From Rhizodiscina lignyota (Eukaryota), in contig ML978128.1 of assembly GCA_010015805.1 (NCBI GenBank), positions 868,001 through 932,000 of the forward strand: DNA of 64,000 nt, given 5' to 3'. Below, one piece after another: positions 12,256-25,900 of the stretch; position 1 is the first letter of the stretch, and each line of letters starts with the position of its first letter. The notes beneath the pieces were generated by a model, which was not told where the DNA came from, did not search any database, and was given only the letters and a program-made list of their open reading frames with translations. Position numbers and translations under genes: made by a program.

Positions 12256-13758
12256 GATGGAGAGTTGTGCTGTAGTACAAAGAAAAGTAGAGCTTTCTTG
12301 CGCTGAGATATATCAGTGGGTAAGTGTGGCGGTGCTAGCCGGGGGGATTCCAAACTTTTCGTGTTGGGTTTGATGAGTTCAGAAAGGAAATTATTGCATG
12401 AATTACAACTGACAAAGATGCCCTTTTATGCACTGCAAAGCGCCTGTTCTCCGGGCAAGTCAAGCGCAAGCGCCCCGTGAATGAGCGATTTGTTTCACTG
12501 AGTTCTACACCTGCAGCACAAGGCAGCGAATTGGTGATAATGGCCACACTGGAGGGCGATTCGGGTTTCACCCTTCACAGAAACCGCGGTATCTCAAATC
12601 TATCTGCTGAAGAAGATTTCATAAAGGCACGGATACACTCCTATATGTTTTCCGGTTTCCATAAGAGCCTTAGGTTGACTTATGGGGATTCCGCTCTATT
12701 TCCAAGCATTGACAAAGCTGCAATTACATATCAACCCACCGGGACATCCGCCGGTAGTGCATCGATATCTAGTTGTAGCACAACAGAAGCGCCTGCCTAT
12801 CCTCAGACGCTTCCATATAGAAGCCTTCCAGAAGCCTTGCGCCCAGCGGATATTGCAGCTGTGCTCCTCGCTGCAAGCCACCGACCAAGGCCGCCTTTAA
12901 AAAGCACTACCAAGATACGTCGATGCCCTTTCGATTTGATTTCTGCATTCTGCTCTCGGGCCTCAAGAGCAAATATGACTCAGCAAAGGATATATCGTGT
13001 CGACTCAAGAGAAATAGACGTAGAAATCAAGGCACGTGAGCCTTCGAGGGATACCGTGACATCGTGTGTAAGGATCCTCCTGCATCCAAAAAGTGCTTTT
13101 AGATGCTTCTCCTACCAATTCTGCGATTGGGCCCCAATTGGTGGTCCAATAAGCGCTCCTTTCCTACCCTTGAGACTCTTGGATCTTCTATGCGTTTCCT
13201 TGATTTTGGCGCTCCTGCAGCTATGCTTCGCGCGCGCGTTTGAGGCCGCTCTCCTCTCCGCCAGTCTGACATGCCCAATTCCTGACGTGGCATAAGACCC
13301 TGGTCGCTTTCGACCGTAAAAGGCATTCTGAGATTCGGGATCTTCTGGAGGATTCCAATGTTGTTGCCTTCCTGCGAGTCTGCCTGGCTTGTTGTCAGTC
13401 GCACGGCTACTCAGCCAACCACCATCAATAATGAGGCACCGCCCCAGTGCATTAGGCGCATACTGGGCCGTGCCGTGCAGGCAGACAGGGACACGGAAGC
13501 TTGGCCCAGGTACCGCATATAAATACAAGGCGCGCTCCCACCGGCGGCCTCTCTTCTTCCCCACGCCCTCCAACATACAGTCAGAGCCAGCCGAATATTG
13601 CGCTAGATTCGCTTGCGGATTCTAGCAAAGTCTCTCAGATCAACTCCTTCAATCCTCACGAATTGAAGAGTTCCTGAAGGCTTCCGGAGCTCCATGCACA
13701 ACGCGTCAAGCTAACTTACTTCGCTCCTTATAAGTCAACAACGTGTCGCTCGTTACGT

Positions 13759-14760
13759 ATGCGCCTTCGATCCATAATGTTCAAACGCTCTTTTGCCTCA
13801 AAGGATCGTGTGGGCAAGACAGCCAAACTGTCGAAGCGCTCGTTTCGAGACAACGTCAAGGAGAAGATGCTCGAGCAAAAGATGGACAGTCCGCTGATGG
13901 GAGAGTACGTGTATTCTACTTCGTCCACGCGCAGGCAGCAATCTAACTTCATTTCCTACAGCGCTTCGCCGCCTCTCACCAGCGCAATAATCACAGTTGT
14001 GGTTGGCAAAGATCAACGACTGTTCGCCGCACACGAAGACGTACTGTGCCATTCACCGTACTTTGCTGCGATGATTCGGGACCAGTTCTTCGAGAGCGGC
14101 ACTCGACGCATCCCTCTACCCAATGAAGAACCGGAGATCTTCTCGTGCGTTCTCGAGTATCTGTACAAGGGTGATTACTATCCGCGCCTGTTGCAAGACA
14201 AGCGACGTAACACCTGGATGCTCGAGGGCGTCGTAGGGACCCCGGACCTAAAACAACGCGGTCGCGGCAGTAGCAGCGAGGCGACAATCTTTCTTTCCAG
14301 CGTGGGCGACCTCATTCTTCGGGACACGGCCGTGTACTGTGCAGCTGGTCGCTATGGCCTTGACGAGCTCCAGAGGCTCGCCTTGCGCAAGCAAGGTCTC
14401 CAGAGCGGAATCGAGGTCGGCACCATCTTGCGCAGTGCTCGGTACGCCTACGAGAACACGCCGGACAGTGACTCGCGGCTCCGCGCTCATTATCTTGCTT
14501 TGATCATCCGCAGCCGGAAGACCTTCAAGCGCAGCGGAACCATGCAGATGGAGATGGAGACGGGCGGCAAATTGTTCTTCGATCTCTTCGTGGCGATGTG
14601 CAACCACATGGATGATATTGTGGAGATGCAAGTGCCTCCATCTCCTTGCTTCCCGCGCTGACTCTTTGAATGCTTTCGCTTTAGGCCGTAATCGTGGACG
14701 TGAAGTGTTTTACGCGTGATGCTAATGCGAAACAGTAACACGTCTCCCAAGACCATCTAA
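13759..14760 (+). CDS. BTB/POZ domain protein
   Basis: IITVVVGKDQRLFAAHEDVLCHSPYF...LPNEEPEIFSCVLEYLYKGDY. Likely in-frame intron 13905-13961 and GC-AG intron 14628-14735 giving ...EINTSPKTI*. The start may be ATG 13777. Confidence 0.87.
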
Positions 14761-15779
14761 AGTGGCTACCGCACGACATTGAAGTAGATTGGCAACAAAC
14801 ATGCTCGGAGTTACAGAATGGAGACAGCAACACCACACTCTCTCGTAATTGCAACCAGAATGAAGTCAGCGCAGGCCAGTCTGCAAGCTAAGGATAATTA
14901 CATGAGGAACTCTGAGCGGGCGTACCGGATTGCACTTACTCACCTTTCGCGATTCTCTTTCGCTCGAGGCTGGCTGCTACCCTTTGGTTTGGTTGCGTAT
15001 CAGTTACCAGTAGAGCTGGCGCACCTTTCCCCACTCTTTTTGGGCCGTCCAGCACGGTCTGGACTCCCCGCTTGTCTGTGGATGGCGTTATTTGCTTTGG
15101 CTACCATATTGCTGATCCTTAGCACCTAATCTGTCGGAGCGAACCTCGTATCACCCCCGATTCCCTGCCGTTCTTCTTCTGTTGACAGAGGGAGGGCCGG
15201 GAAACAGCATGGCATGCGACATCCTTCGCATATCTCCTTTGTTTGCTGCTGGTGGCGGATTGGGATGTGTGGTGGGAGGTGATGGAGAAGGGATGCTGGG
15301 TCGTGCAAAGGCACCAGATTGACGATTGAAATTGAGATAGACCCTCTCCCCTTAATCTCGTTTGACGTGGTCACGCGATGTGTCACTCGCTTTATCTGCG
15401 CGAGAAGCTAGTCTTGAGTAGTGTGGATGAGGATAGAGGGGCATGAGACCGCTTGAAGGAATGATGGCTGTAGGTTGGCAGAACTAGAATGAGAAATTCG
15501 GCCGCCTCAAAAACTGTGCTTGTGTTATGATTCACGGTGATGTTTGCGGGTGCTCTCACCTCCAATTGATGTTATCCAATTATACCGATTTCCTTTCCAA
15601 AACCTGAAAACGCAAGGCAAAATAGATACCAAATTGTCTCCTTAAGTGTTATTGTACATACGAAGTGCATACTTTAGTCCAAACGCTCGTAGAGTTCCAG
15701 GCAGCAGTTCAGACTGTTGCCACTGCGTGATTTGCAGTTTCGAGTGCACGCTGCTCCTGATGCTCCCTCAGAATAGCTC

Positions 15780-17546
15780 TTATGTCAAAGGAATCACTCC
15801 TCTGCTGAGGTGAATGTATCTCTTGATGAATGGATCAATCCGATCAGGCTCGTCTGGCGGCCTGTTTAATTGTGTGAGGGCGTGCAGGCGCCTTGTTATC
15901 GCCATACCCGAGCGGTCTTGGATTGAGCTTAAGACGTCAAGACACCACATGAGCTCCCGTTCATATCCTTTCCACATTGCGAAACACATCATTCTATTCT
16001 CTGGTTAGTGTATATACGGATCGGGGTGTAATCGCAAAGTGGAACTCACACTAGTCTCACAGGCAGAAGCAGGGAGAAGCAGCCAGCGTCCCGTTGGCCC
16101 TCGGATATCATGTACTCAACGCACCTGCATATCTCCATTGCGGAATCCAAGCCGGGCGTGAGGCAGTAGGGAAATTGAAGCGGGTTCAGTCGTGCTGGCC
16201 TGCGGTCTTCCGGCCACATTTCATTGAACGTAGATATGATCTCGACTGTCGGGATGACGCGTGAGAAACCTACTATCGCAATCACCATGGAGTCGTAGAT
16301 CATAATCTCCTCGGCGCGCTGAAAACTCGAAGTAAAAGACAGTGTCGTGGACTGGGTTGCCATGTTCATTGAGAGGAAGACCGTTGTATGTGAGGGGTGG
16401 CATCTCCCACATCACATTCGGATGCTTCATCTTCCACCGCATTCGCCAATCTAGTGTGGCTTTCGTGAGCTTAAGAAACTTGACTTTCAAAGCTTCGAGC
16501 TTCTCTGTCACGTCGCCCAAGTTTCCATCTCGTATGGCGTCAATCTGTCTCCGTTCATGCTGTAAGCCTGAGATGCGTGCGGCAAGATCGATAATGAGGC
16601 ATTCATCAGTTTTAGTCTCGGGGTGTTTGGCCCATGGTACCGTCGTCCATTCTTCCGTTTCCAAGAAGCAAGGCTCTCGAAGTACATATGCTCTCATGAG
16701 TATCATGATCCGAGAGAGGAGGAACGTGCCGTGGGCTGGGTATTCCTGGAAATACGCAGCGCCGAGTCTTTCGATCATCACGCCAACGCCTCCCGCATGC
16801 TGGATCCATCCTACGGAACCAGTGTAAGCCCATATCTCATAGAGATTGAGTGCGAATGCGGCCGAAACGTTGGAATGTGAGAAGCGCGTCTGTGGATTTG
16901 AAATGTCCTCGTTGAGCTGTCGTATCGCTCGATCGTATAATGCGAATGCATGGGCTAGAATCCCGCTATCGTTGCCATGCCGGCGTGCATGATAGATAGC
17001 TGCGAAGCATTGCACAGCTATATGAGCAGAATTGGAGTCGTTCTCGCTCAATGCGTTTGCAATCCAAGACTGATACGGATATGGCTGTCCAGGATGACCG
17101 CCGTCAAAGAATCGCTGGGTGAGATAGGTAGTGAGTATTGCTTTGCAAAAAGGCGAGAGATCTAGCTCTCTTGTGATGCCAGTCGTTCCGGCCGCAGCCA
17201 CCGCAGCCATGGATAGGCCAGTTTGAGACGTACTTCTGCCCGGTACTGGAGACGGGGACGCGGCGCCACGACCTCGGGATAGCCTTGGAACTAAGTAAAC
17301 GGTTAGGAAAAGGCGCACTGGCGAAAATTCCCTTGGTGACTGACCTTCGTCGACCCATTTAAGACGAAGTCCAGGATACCCTTCACATTTTATGGACGCT
17401 GCCTCACATCGGTGGCAGGTGGGCTTCCTCTCATCGCACTTCACTTTTCGGCGCCTACACGTCTTGCAGCCTTTAATGGGTTAGCAGACAATTGAAAAGG
17501 AGATCTTTAGGAATGCTCCACCTTTTGAAGTTTCAACTCCCACCAT
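15780..17546 (-). CDS. Zn(II)2Cys6 transcription factor with an apparent frameshift near 16322 (possible pseudogene or assembly indel)
   Basis: MVGVETSKGCKTCRRRKVKCDERKPTCHRC...C zinc cluster. The C-terminal EICRCVEY...LLLPVR block lies in a different frame; last exon 15993-15780. Confidence 0.85.
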
Positions 17547-17977
17547 TTTCGCATGGTTCTGATATGATTCCTTGTAAATGCTCGTAGAGATTGAATAAAG
17601 ATTATCGTTATGATAATAGGAAAGGTTCGAGAAAGAGTGGTAAATGAAATCAAGGAAAGGATCTCTCCAAAAGTACAGATTTCGGTGAGCCGTCGTAATG
17701 TCGTTGAACGAAATCCGCTAATCGACCATTCTGCCGGCTAGAGCAGTGAGTTGACGTAGGGGGTTGTTGGCCGGCCAATCAGAGACATTGGGCACCGCCA
17801 CAGGAAAAGCTCATAAGGTGCCATGGACTTTATTTAATTTGATCTGCAGATTAGCATTCAGCCTTAGAGGCAAAATGGATGCAAATCTGCACCAAGAAAT
17901 CAAGGTATTTCCAACTGTTTGGAACATCCCCATCTGCCGTTCCTAGCTTCTGACAGGGAAGGTTACCCATACCTAAC

Positions 17978-20002
17978 CTAACTCATCACTCTTTGCACCA
18001 CCTCCCGCAAGGCTTCATCGCCTTTCTCACGGGTCCACTCGACGCTTCCACTTGGCCCTTTCCCATCTCGTTTCCAGCGTAGCCGGAGACTTGCACTGCC
18101 ACAGGAGACTATAAATCGTGTGGTAGCCTTACGCTCGCCTCCCGTGGCTGGCGCAGTAACTTCTGCGTCTTGTTCTGTTGCTGTCCACATGTTGTCCATA
18201 GATGCAATGACATTGTGAGCAATGTCGAGAGCCAAAATGTTGTCGACATACGAGAGCAGCTCCTGCATGGAGTAGAAAGTGCGCTGCAACACTTTGGCTT
18301 TCGAACTTTCCATAGATGCAGTCAGACCCATCAAGGAAACGGCTGCTCGCGGGAGGAGCAGCTTGCATTCTGTTGATGTTTGATCAGCCTGGCGGTCCTG
18401 CGGTCGAAAACCAGGCTTTTCTTCATCCGTGAACGGTAGAGAAGTTCGCAACTCGACCTTAAGCTCCCCAACAGAGGATGGTAAAGGAACAGTCACGGTT
18501 GAGACACACCGCCGCGCCAAATATTCAATCAAGTCTCCGGCAGAGTTTTGTACGCTCGAAATGGATGGAGTCGATATGGAGGGTGAGAAGGAAATATTTG
18601 CGCGAGAAAAGAGCTGCTGCAACTTCGAGAGATAATCTCGCGTACTTCGAACAGCAGCAGAATGAATGTCCTGATTGAGTAGAGGCCGGATTATGGTCGC
18701 AACTGGTCCCCCCCGTCTGCGTTCCGTTATAGGAGGCGGGGGAGCCGAACGACGTAAGAGCCTTTGACGATAGGTGTGCAGCATGAGGACTTTGAATATT
18801 GTCGCAATACACTGAGCAGTCTCAACAAATCGCTCAGGCGATGTTGTGTTGTCAGCATCTTCGCGTGAAATCAAGTCCACAAGGATTTCCGTATCGCGCG
18901 ACTGCGAAACCATAGGAATATGTACGGTAGAGTCTCGCCATCGGACTCCGTACGACGTAAGCGACTGAGCCTCTATATTCATCTCGTGGAACAGCTCCTC
19001 GTCGAATAGGGAATCTCTGGCCCTGCTGATATCCTCCTCGATACCTCTCTCGCCTCGGAGTTCAGAACGTAGCCTGGCAGTTCCCACTATCTTTCCGTTC
19101 TGTGCAATTCGGATTCTGATCATCTTTTGTCGATTCGCAACTCGTTGGTGCAGGTAAAGTGAACCATCGTCGTTCGAATTGAGCACTGTGAAGCCCTGAT
19201 TTCTGAATAGCGGGCCAGCTGTCACAAGTGATTAGTAAATTATACGAGCGGAACTAATGTTAAACCGCACCTTCTGCGAACCCGAGTTGAACGCCTAGCA
19301 TCTCACTATTGCGCGACACACGGCAGACAGACCAGCCGGCGTCCGCAACAGAGAGAACTTCTTTCCAGTATGTTGTTTCCTTTCTGACTTCCTTCTCGAG
19401 TCTACCAGCGGCACTAAGAAGGTTGTCCGCAGCTGCTGTGAGGCCTTTCAATCTCTGGCCCTGCGCAACGAGCTCGTCGGTACTTTTCTCTACGTTGGTG
19501 GGCTCGCCGATGTCAAGTTGATCGTAAGCAAGAGTTCCTGGAGATATGCTTTGTTTGAGTCCATCAGACATCGAACTCTTTCCTTGCGTGTTGTATTTCG
19601 AGAGGAGAAGGGAGACAAAGTCGACTGTCAACATTGCTGTATTGTGCGCATCTCTGTAATACAAGGCCATTAGCTGCTGCTCCTATTGAGATACAGTGCT
19701 TTGACCGTTACAAACCCTATTATGGCGACCATTTGCTGCTTGACCTTCGTCAAGTGCTCAATTGTGCCTCGCTCGTCTCCAGCATCCACATCCTCATCCT
19801 CGATCGAGGGTTGTGCCTCGACCTTAATACCAGCATCATCAGCGACAATATCCGCGTCGAGAGACGTTTCAGTGACGGTTCTCAAATGGCCTTTCGTGGA
19901 GACAATCTCTTGAATCTGCCTCTGAAGCGACCCTTCGTTGTCTTTCTTCGCAACGGAGGGTCGCAAGAACAGAGGAAACGCGGTCGAGTTCGGGTCGGCC
20001 AT
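17978..20002 (-). CDS. SRB4: Mediator of RNA polymerase II transcription subunit 17
   Basis: AADNLLSAAGRLEKEVRKETTYW...GW...LGVQLGFAEA and ARDSLFDEELFHEM match the fungal Med17 pattern; two introns. Confidence 0.85.
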
Positions 20003-20306
20003 TGTGTACGGTTTGGGTCTAAATGGGATGCAGTTGTGTTTGCGAGGTATTTGGCCGAAAGAGCAAACGCATTATCATAATAAAGATTAAACTATCATCC
20101 TCATCACTGAAAATGAATCTTGTGAAGCGCATCCCTCCCTGTCACTCGCGAAGGGAACGCGTGAACTCAAGACAAATGCCGCTAATACGAAAGAAGTTAG
20201 CGCACTGTTATCGATAGTAACTTTACACTCGGTGAGCGATGTGGGATCTTCGCAGCTATGTAGCTATTCGTGGAGATGGAGTGACAACTCTCGCAAAGGG
20301 GCAACA

Positions 20307-22068
20307 ATGACGACAAGATATCGTGTTGAATGTGAGTTCAGCATATGTTTTAGATGAGTTCTAAACTGACAGGATATCTTATGTAGATGCTCTGAAGGTA
20401 TGTCTACAATTGGAGGACATGGGGTTTCGACGATTGATTAACCAAGTGTTGCGCTAGTCTCATCGACGTGACCAGTTGGTAAGGCCGGCTTTTGAATAAT
20501 TTCTTGAGAGTTTTCTATGCTTACTGGGCCCGATTGAAGATAGAATGGATCAAGGTTTGTCATAAGAAGAAATTACATGGACTGTTCAGAGCTTAACTAT
20601 CGTTAGGGTCTTTTGGCCGGCAAGCGTCATCACCAATGAACAAAAAACTCGATTTCTGACCTGTATCAGTTCCGTTCGTGCTGCATTCGCAGCCGACTGC
20701 TGTTTTCGAACCCCACCGACAGACCACCGACCAGATGGCCGCTATAGCCCATCGAAGATACGCGGAAATAATGCGTGATGTGGAAGAACTCATAATTGAT
20801 CACAGTATGTGTACAGATTCATTTTAACTTGTCCTGCTCTGTGCAGTTGTATGAACATGATCCCACATCGATCTATTTATTGTATGGACAAAACATGTCA
20901 TTTGGAAAACTGACTATATCAGTTGCACACCAAAATGCAGGTACTCATGATCGATCAAAATTGAAGCTTTTGGTTCCTTCAGTAGGGAGGTTCTTCACAC
21001 CACTCGCTCTTCATGAAGCCTTCCTTTATCAAGATTCAAAACGTCTCATCAGCCATCGCCGCTTCGTCCCGCCATCGTTCAATGATATTCGTCTCATCCT
21101 GAACACTGCTCAGGCGATGAGCCTAACAAGATCTGGACCTCTGGAGCTTGTGACATTTGATGGTGATGTCACACTGTATGATGATGGCGAGTCGCTCAGC
21201 GATGAGAATCCTGTCATTCCACGAATCATTGCTCTGCTGCAGAAAGGTACTAAGATCGGTATCGTAACTGCAGCAGGCTATGTGGAGGCCAGGCGATATT
21301 ACGAGCGTCTTCGTGGCCTTTTGGATGCCGTGAACGCATCGGAAGCGCTCACTTCTGTGCTGAAGCAGAACTTGATCGTCATGGGTGGCGAAGCAAACTA
21401 TCTTTTCCGATTCAGCGAAGGGGACCCGGATCGATTAAAGCTCGTCCCTCGACAAGAGTGGCTACTCCAGGAGATGCTACTATGGCAAGACAGCGATATT
21501 GCCGAACTTCTCGACGTAGCTGAGGTCGCCCTAACAGAATGTGTAGCCAACATGCGTCTCGACGCTCAGCTGTTGAGAAAGGAAAGAGCGGTTGGGATCA
21601 TTCCAAATGCTGGAAAGAAGCTCGCGAGAGAGCAATTAGAGGAAACGGTCCTTGTTACGCAAAAGATTCTGGTAACGCTAACACAACCTAGCCGGCGACC
21701 TGCAAGCTGATCATTGTTGTAGGAAATGTCTTCAGTTGGCCAGCGACTTCCATTTTGTGCTTTCAACGGTAGCTTCCTCCCTTCCCATCGAGTATGTTTT
21801 CACTGATATTTATGTTACAGGTGGAAACGACGTGTTTGTGGACATTGGTGATAAGTCGTGGGGTGTAAGAGCCTGCCAGCATTTCTTCGGCGGTATAGAG
21901 GGAGCAAAGACGCTACATGTTGGTGATCAGTTCCTATCAGCTGGAGCGAACGACTTCAAGGCACGCTTAGCATGCACAACAGCCTGGATTGCAAATCCAA
22001 TGGAGACTATGCAGCTTCTCGACGAGATCGCGGAACTGGATGCGTTGGTGCAGAGGAAGAATGTTTGA
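20307..22068 (+). CDS. ISN1: IMP-specific 5'-nucleotidase 1 (HAD family)
   Basis: Spliced N-terminus MTTRYRVEYALKSHRRDQLIEWIKGLLAVPFVLH matches Isn1. Motifs TFDGDVTLY, FNGGNDVFVDIGDK, HVGDQF...ANDFKAR; about nine exons. Confidence 0.93.
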
Positions 22069-22265
22069 TCGCCGAGAGCGCAGAGTGGATCGGTAGTGGC
22101 AAAGGCAGGCAGGCATCGTGATCCAAAGTTCGATAGGAGGGGAGATAGTTGCCTATGTTATCGAGTCAACATTAGATACCAAGCTATGCATACATCAATC
22201 TCACTCTAAAGGGCATAAATTGCATGAGAGAGCGATGACGCTGGCCCATCCACCAATCCGTGCAA

Positions 22266-22676
22266 TCATAGAATGCCATCGGGCTCCCCAGGGAGCCGTT
22301 TTACTCGGCGCTGCTCCCAGTCGTCCAAGTCTTTGGCTGCCAGTTTCTGTTATTCATTAGTGATGCCCTTCAGGAGTCTTGAACATAAGCTCAACGACAG
22401 CCGCCTTACATAGTATTCTTCCCGCATATCCACCTTTCTCCGATCCTTTCCAAGACCCATTGCTTCCTCCTTCGACATTTGCTTGACCTTGCGATCGTAT
22501 TTCTCATATCTCAGAGCTGTTGCTGGAGTCAAAACGAAGCTTCCGGCGACCATAATGGTGATGAATGGCAGTCCAAATAGAAGGAAAGGATGCCGTTGTA
22601 ACGCAACCCGATACCAGCCCTCGACGCCACGGGACGCGGAGGCAGGACGATATTTCTTACTCGTAAAGGTCGGCAT
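22266..22676 (-). CDS. COX16: Cytochrome c oxidase assembly protein Cox16
   Basis: HPFLLFGLPF TM segment, RYEKYD, DMREEYY|KLAAKDLDDWEQRRVKR; one intron. Confidence 0.92.
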
Positions 22677-22790
22677 GCTTCTCTGCTTGATGGTTGGCGT
22701 TCAGAGAGTCTCCAAGTCAGGCAGAGATACGACTAGAATTGGAGGATCGGATGGATCGAAATCTCTTGCCGAAGTCGGCCCGTAATTAAT

Positions 22791-22830
22791 CACGTGATTA
22801 CGCGTCTACCTTACAGTCACGCTTTTCGCG
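22791..22830. promoter_or_regulatory. CACGTG + MCB (ACGCGT) + TTTCGCG cluster in the 228-bp COX16/MEC1 divergent promoter
   Basis: CACGTG 22791-22796, ACGCGT 22800-22805, TTTCGCG 22824-22830, all upstream of the MEC1 ATG at 22905. Confidence 0.5.
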
Positions 22831-22904
22831 ACTTCAAGGAGGAGAGACAGAAACACCAACAACAGTCACAATGCCATGAACCTAGCCGAAGCGAGTCGTG
22901 CAAC

Positions 22905-25900
22905 ATGGCTCGCCGACCTGGAGGAGGAGTGCCAGGAGCTACTCAAGCTGGACCGGGTTATGGGGATGGAGATATTCCTCCTTCAACGATTGCCGCGAAA
23001 ATTGTCGACAACCGCTCTAATGCTCAAGCACGACAACAGCCCGAAAGTAAGGAGCTTTTCAGCAGGCTGCTCCAGGAGTACTTGAAGGACCCTGGTGTCG
23101 AAGAGTCAAACCTTGAAACCAATGCAAAGCTTGTTATGGTCGTAGCAGAAGCCGGACTGGATCCATCTCAAAAGCATGACCCATTCTCCCACGATATCAG
23201 AATCGAACAAGCTTCAGCGAGTCTGGCGGTCATACGCCTGACGATAGAGCGTGTACCGGAAGTCTTGTTATTTTGCAACGAAGCTGCTGGAGCTCCGCTG
23301 AGACTACCTCTTTTCCTTTCCTTACTCTCTAAGATTTTTACTCTTCTGGGACAAGAGCACTTAGACGCCATTCAAGATGGCCTTATTGAGCTTCTTGAAA
23401 CGTGCCTTATGGCACCACGAAAGCGCACTGTCTCCTGCCAGACGGTTGAAAGTTTCCTTCGGGTTATTGACATTTGCATCGACGGTAAATGTTCACGAGA
23501 ACTCAATGATAGTGTTGAGCTAATGAATGCTAGACATCGTCTTTGAGCTGAGCCGACTCGCCGAAGCTCCTACTACACCTCTGCCTCGATTAGACGTCTA
23601 CCTGCCGTCAGTACAAGCAATTTCTTGTGTTGTACCTTCGCTGCAACAGACGATCGTTATCCCTCGGACTGCACAAGTTCACTTTGGAAGCATCTGGCAT
23701 GCTTCAGCGGCAGCAGTGGCCCTTGCAAAAGTCAGTTACTATGCGCGTGCAAAACTCTCGGCACCTTTAGGGGCGGCAAATGCGTTGACGAAGAGCCTTG
23801 GTCATTGTAACCAACTTTGTTCTAATTTGGCGATGCTGTTGGGACAGAGGCCAGATGTGCAGCTCGAGAGAGCTGTATCCCTAAGCTGCCACGCTATAAA
23901 GCAAATCATAATGGTTCGACAACCTTTATGTTTGATGCAGTCTGATATTTTAATGATTCTTCAATCGATCGACACGATTCTGGCCCTGCATTATCTTCCT
24001 AAGAGCAGCATACTACAGGATCGCGTCGCCGTGTTACTGGCAACCATCTCTGAGGAAGGTAGACGATGTACCAAATTACGCCGGTCGATCGTCGAAATTC
24101 TACTACCTAGGATCTCTGAGCTCGCCGAGAAAGACGAGTCATTTAGCAGACTGCACCAAGATTTGCAGGTATGCCTAGAATCTCTATGTTTTTTCTTCTC
24201 TCTCTTGACAGAATGCTAACTGGCCCAGCTGACTCTGTGCTTTGTCCATCGTGAAGCGCTCTCCACGACGGAATCGGCCCCTCTTGCTAAGCAACTTTTA
24301 CCGGACACAGAGTTGAAACAAGTGTCATTTGCAAGCGAAGAGTTGCAACAGATGTTCAAGCTGATGAATGTTAGCCACTTTGCGGATGAAGGAGTTGAGG
24401 ATTCGCGGCCTTTCAAGCGGCGTCGCACCGGAGACACAACGTCCCAATCACATGCTCCTTCACAATTCGAGCAAGCGAAGTCTTACATCTGCGCGAAACT
24501 CGGACAAGCAGGTAGAACGGATCTCTCGGGGATCCACGAGCACGCGTTGTCCCGGTTGCAGGAGCTGAGTGCTACCGATCAAGAGTCAATCTTTGCACTG
24601 CTGGTCGAGCTGCCATGTGTAGCAGATAACGCGCACCTTGACCAGGAGTCCTACCACTCGAAGCCTTGCAGGACTTGTTCCTCCTCGAGCTTAGATGATC
24701 GAATTATGACTCCAAGTAAAAATGGCCAAGCGATAGCCCCCATCCTAGCCAAACTCATCGAGTGGCCTGGTCTCCATCGTGCAAAGAGACTGCGTGTGCT
24801 TGCTATGTTAGCTGCTCAAAGGGTGATCAATCATCTTGACGATCATGCATTCTTGGATCTGGCCATGTCTCCGCTTGGCCAATGGTGTCTTAAATCAGTC
24901 CATAGTTCATTGAGGGAACTTCGCATTGCGGCTGGCCATACCTTAACGGCGTTCCTACAACCTGGCATCCCACCCAACATTCGACGAAGCAACACGGTCT
25001 ATGCTGTCAACTTTCTCAAAGCGCTTTCAGAGAGGGGAGTGCTGAAGGAGCAAGAGACCCTTGTAATAGCGTGGGCCCAGGTTGGGCGCGTCTGCGGAGA
25101 AGAGGAACTGAATATCGTCCTTGTCCAACTTGTGGAGTACCTGGGGGATAGTCATCCTATGATCTGCGCTGTGGCTTATGATGAAATTGCCGGTCTTGCG
25201 GAGCACAAGAAATGTTCCATCGAGGATCTATTTCGACCATTTTGGCACACTATCGCAGTCAGTGTCGTGAAAGACTTGCATTCAAGACCGCAGAAGGCGC
25301 AACAGTTGTGCGAGCTGCTTGGTATCAGTGTGGGAAGATTTCTCCTTCAAACACAAGCCGAGACCATACCGTTCCTAGTCCTGACGCGGAGCATAGAGAT
25401 TCTTCAACGAGTGGCCACCGCACGTAATATGGATGTCCGGGACATCTGTTTGCAACCACCTAGACACCTCGCGTTGATTCTAGCCGGTCTATTACTGCAA
25501 AATTTTCCAGATCCGGAGAGGTCGATCATGGACATACTTTGCGCAGCTGCTCCAGAGTTTCAAGAGGCAGATCTTCCAAGTTTAGTTCAGCTGGAACCTA
25601 TTCCTATCGCTTGCGAAATGCTCAAAGTTGCCGGAGCGCAAAATCTATCGAAGAAGGCACCGACTCATCAAGCAATCAAGACTTTTATTATGATCGCAGA
25701 GCGACGGCCTGGACAAGGCAAGCAATCGTCAAAGACAGGAAAGCTTCTTGCACAGTTTCTGGACTCTCACATTCTTGGGATTATGACACATTTCTCTGAG
25801 ATAATCGACGCCCCGAGAGACGTTCATCCCCTTTCGGAAAAGGTGCGAAGCATTCGGGCGATTACGGAGATGCTATTACTCTCTGCAGCGGACTTTCAGT

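Noticed and set aside
12477..13295. 272-codon + strand ORF between the E2 and BTB genes
   Set aside because: GTG start, no recognisable motif and non-coding-like composition; probably chance in a long promoter region.
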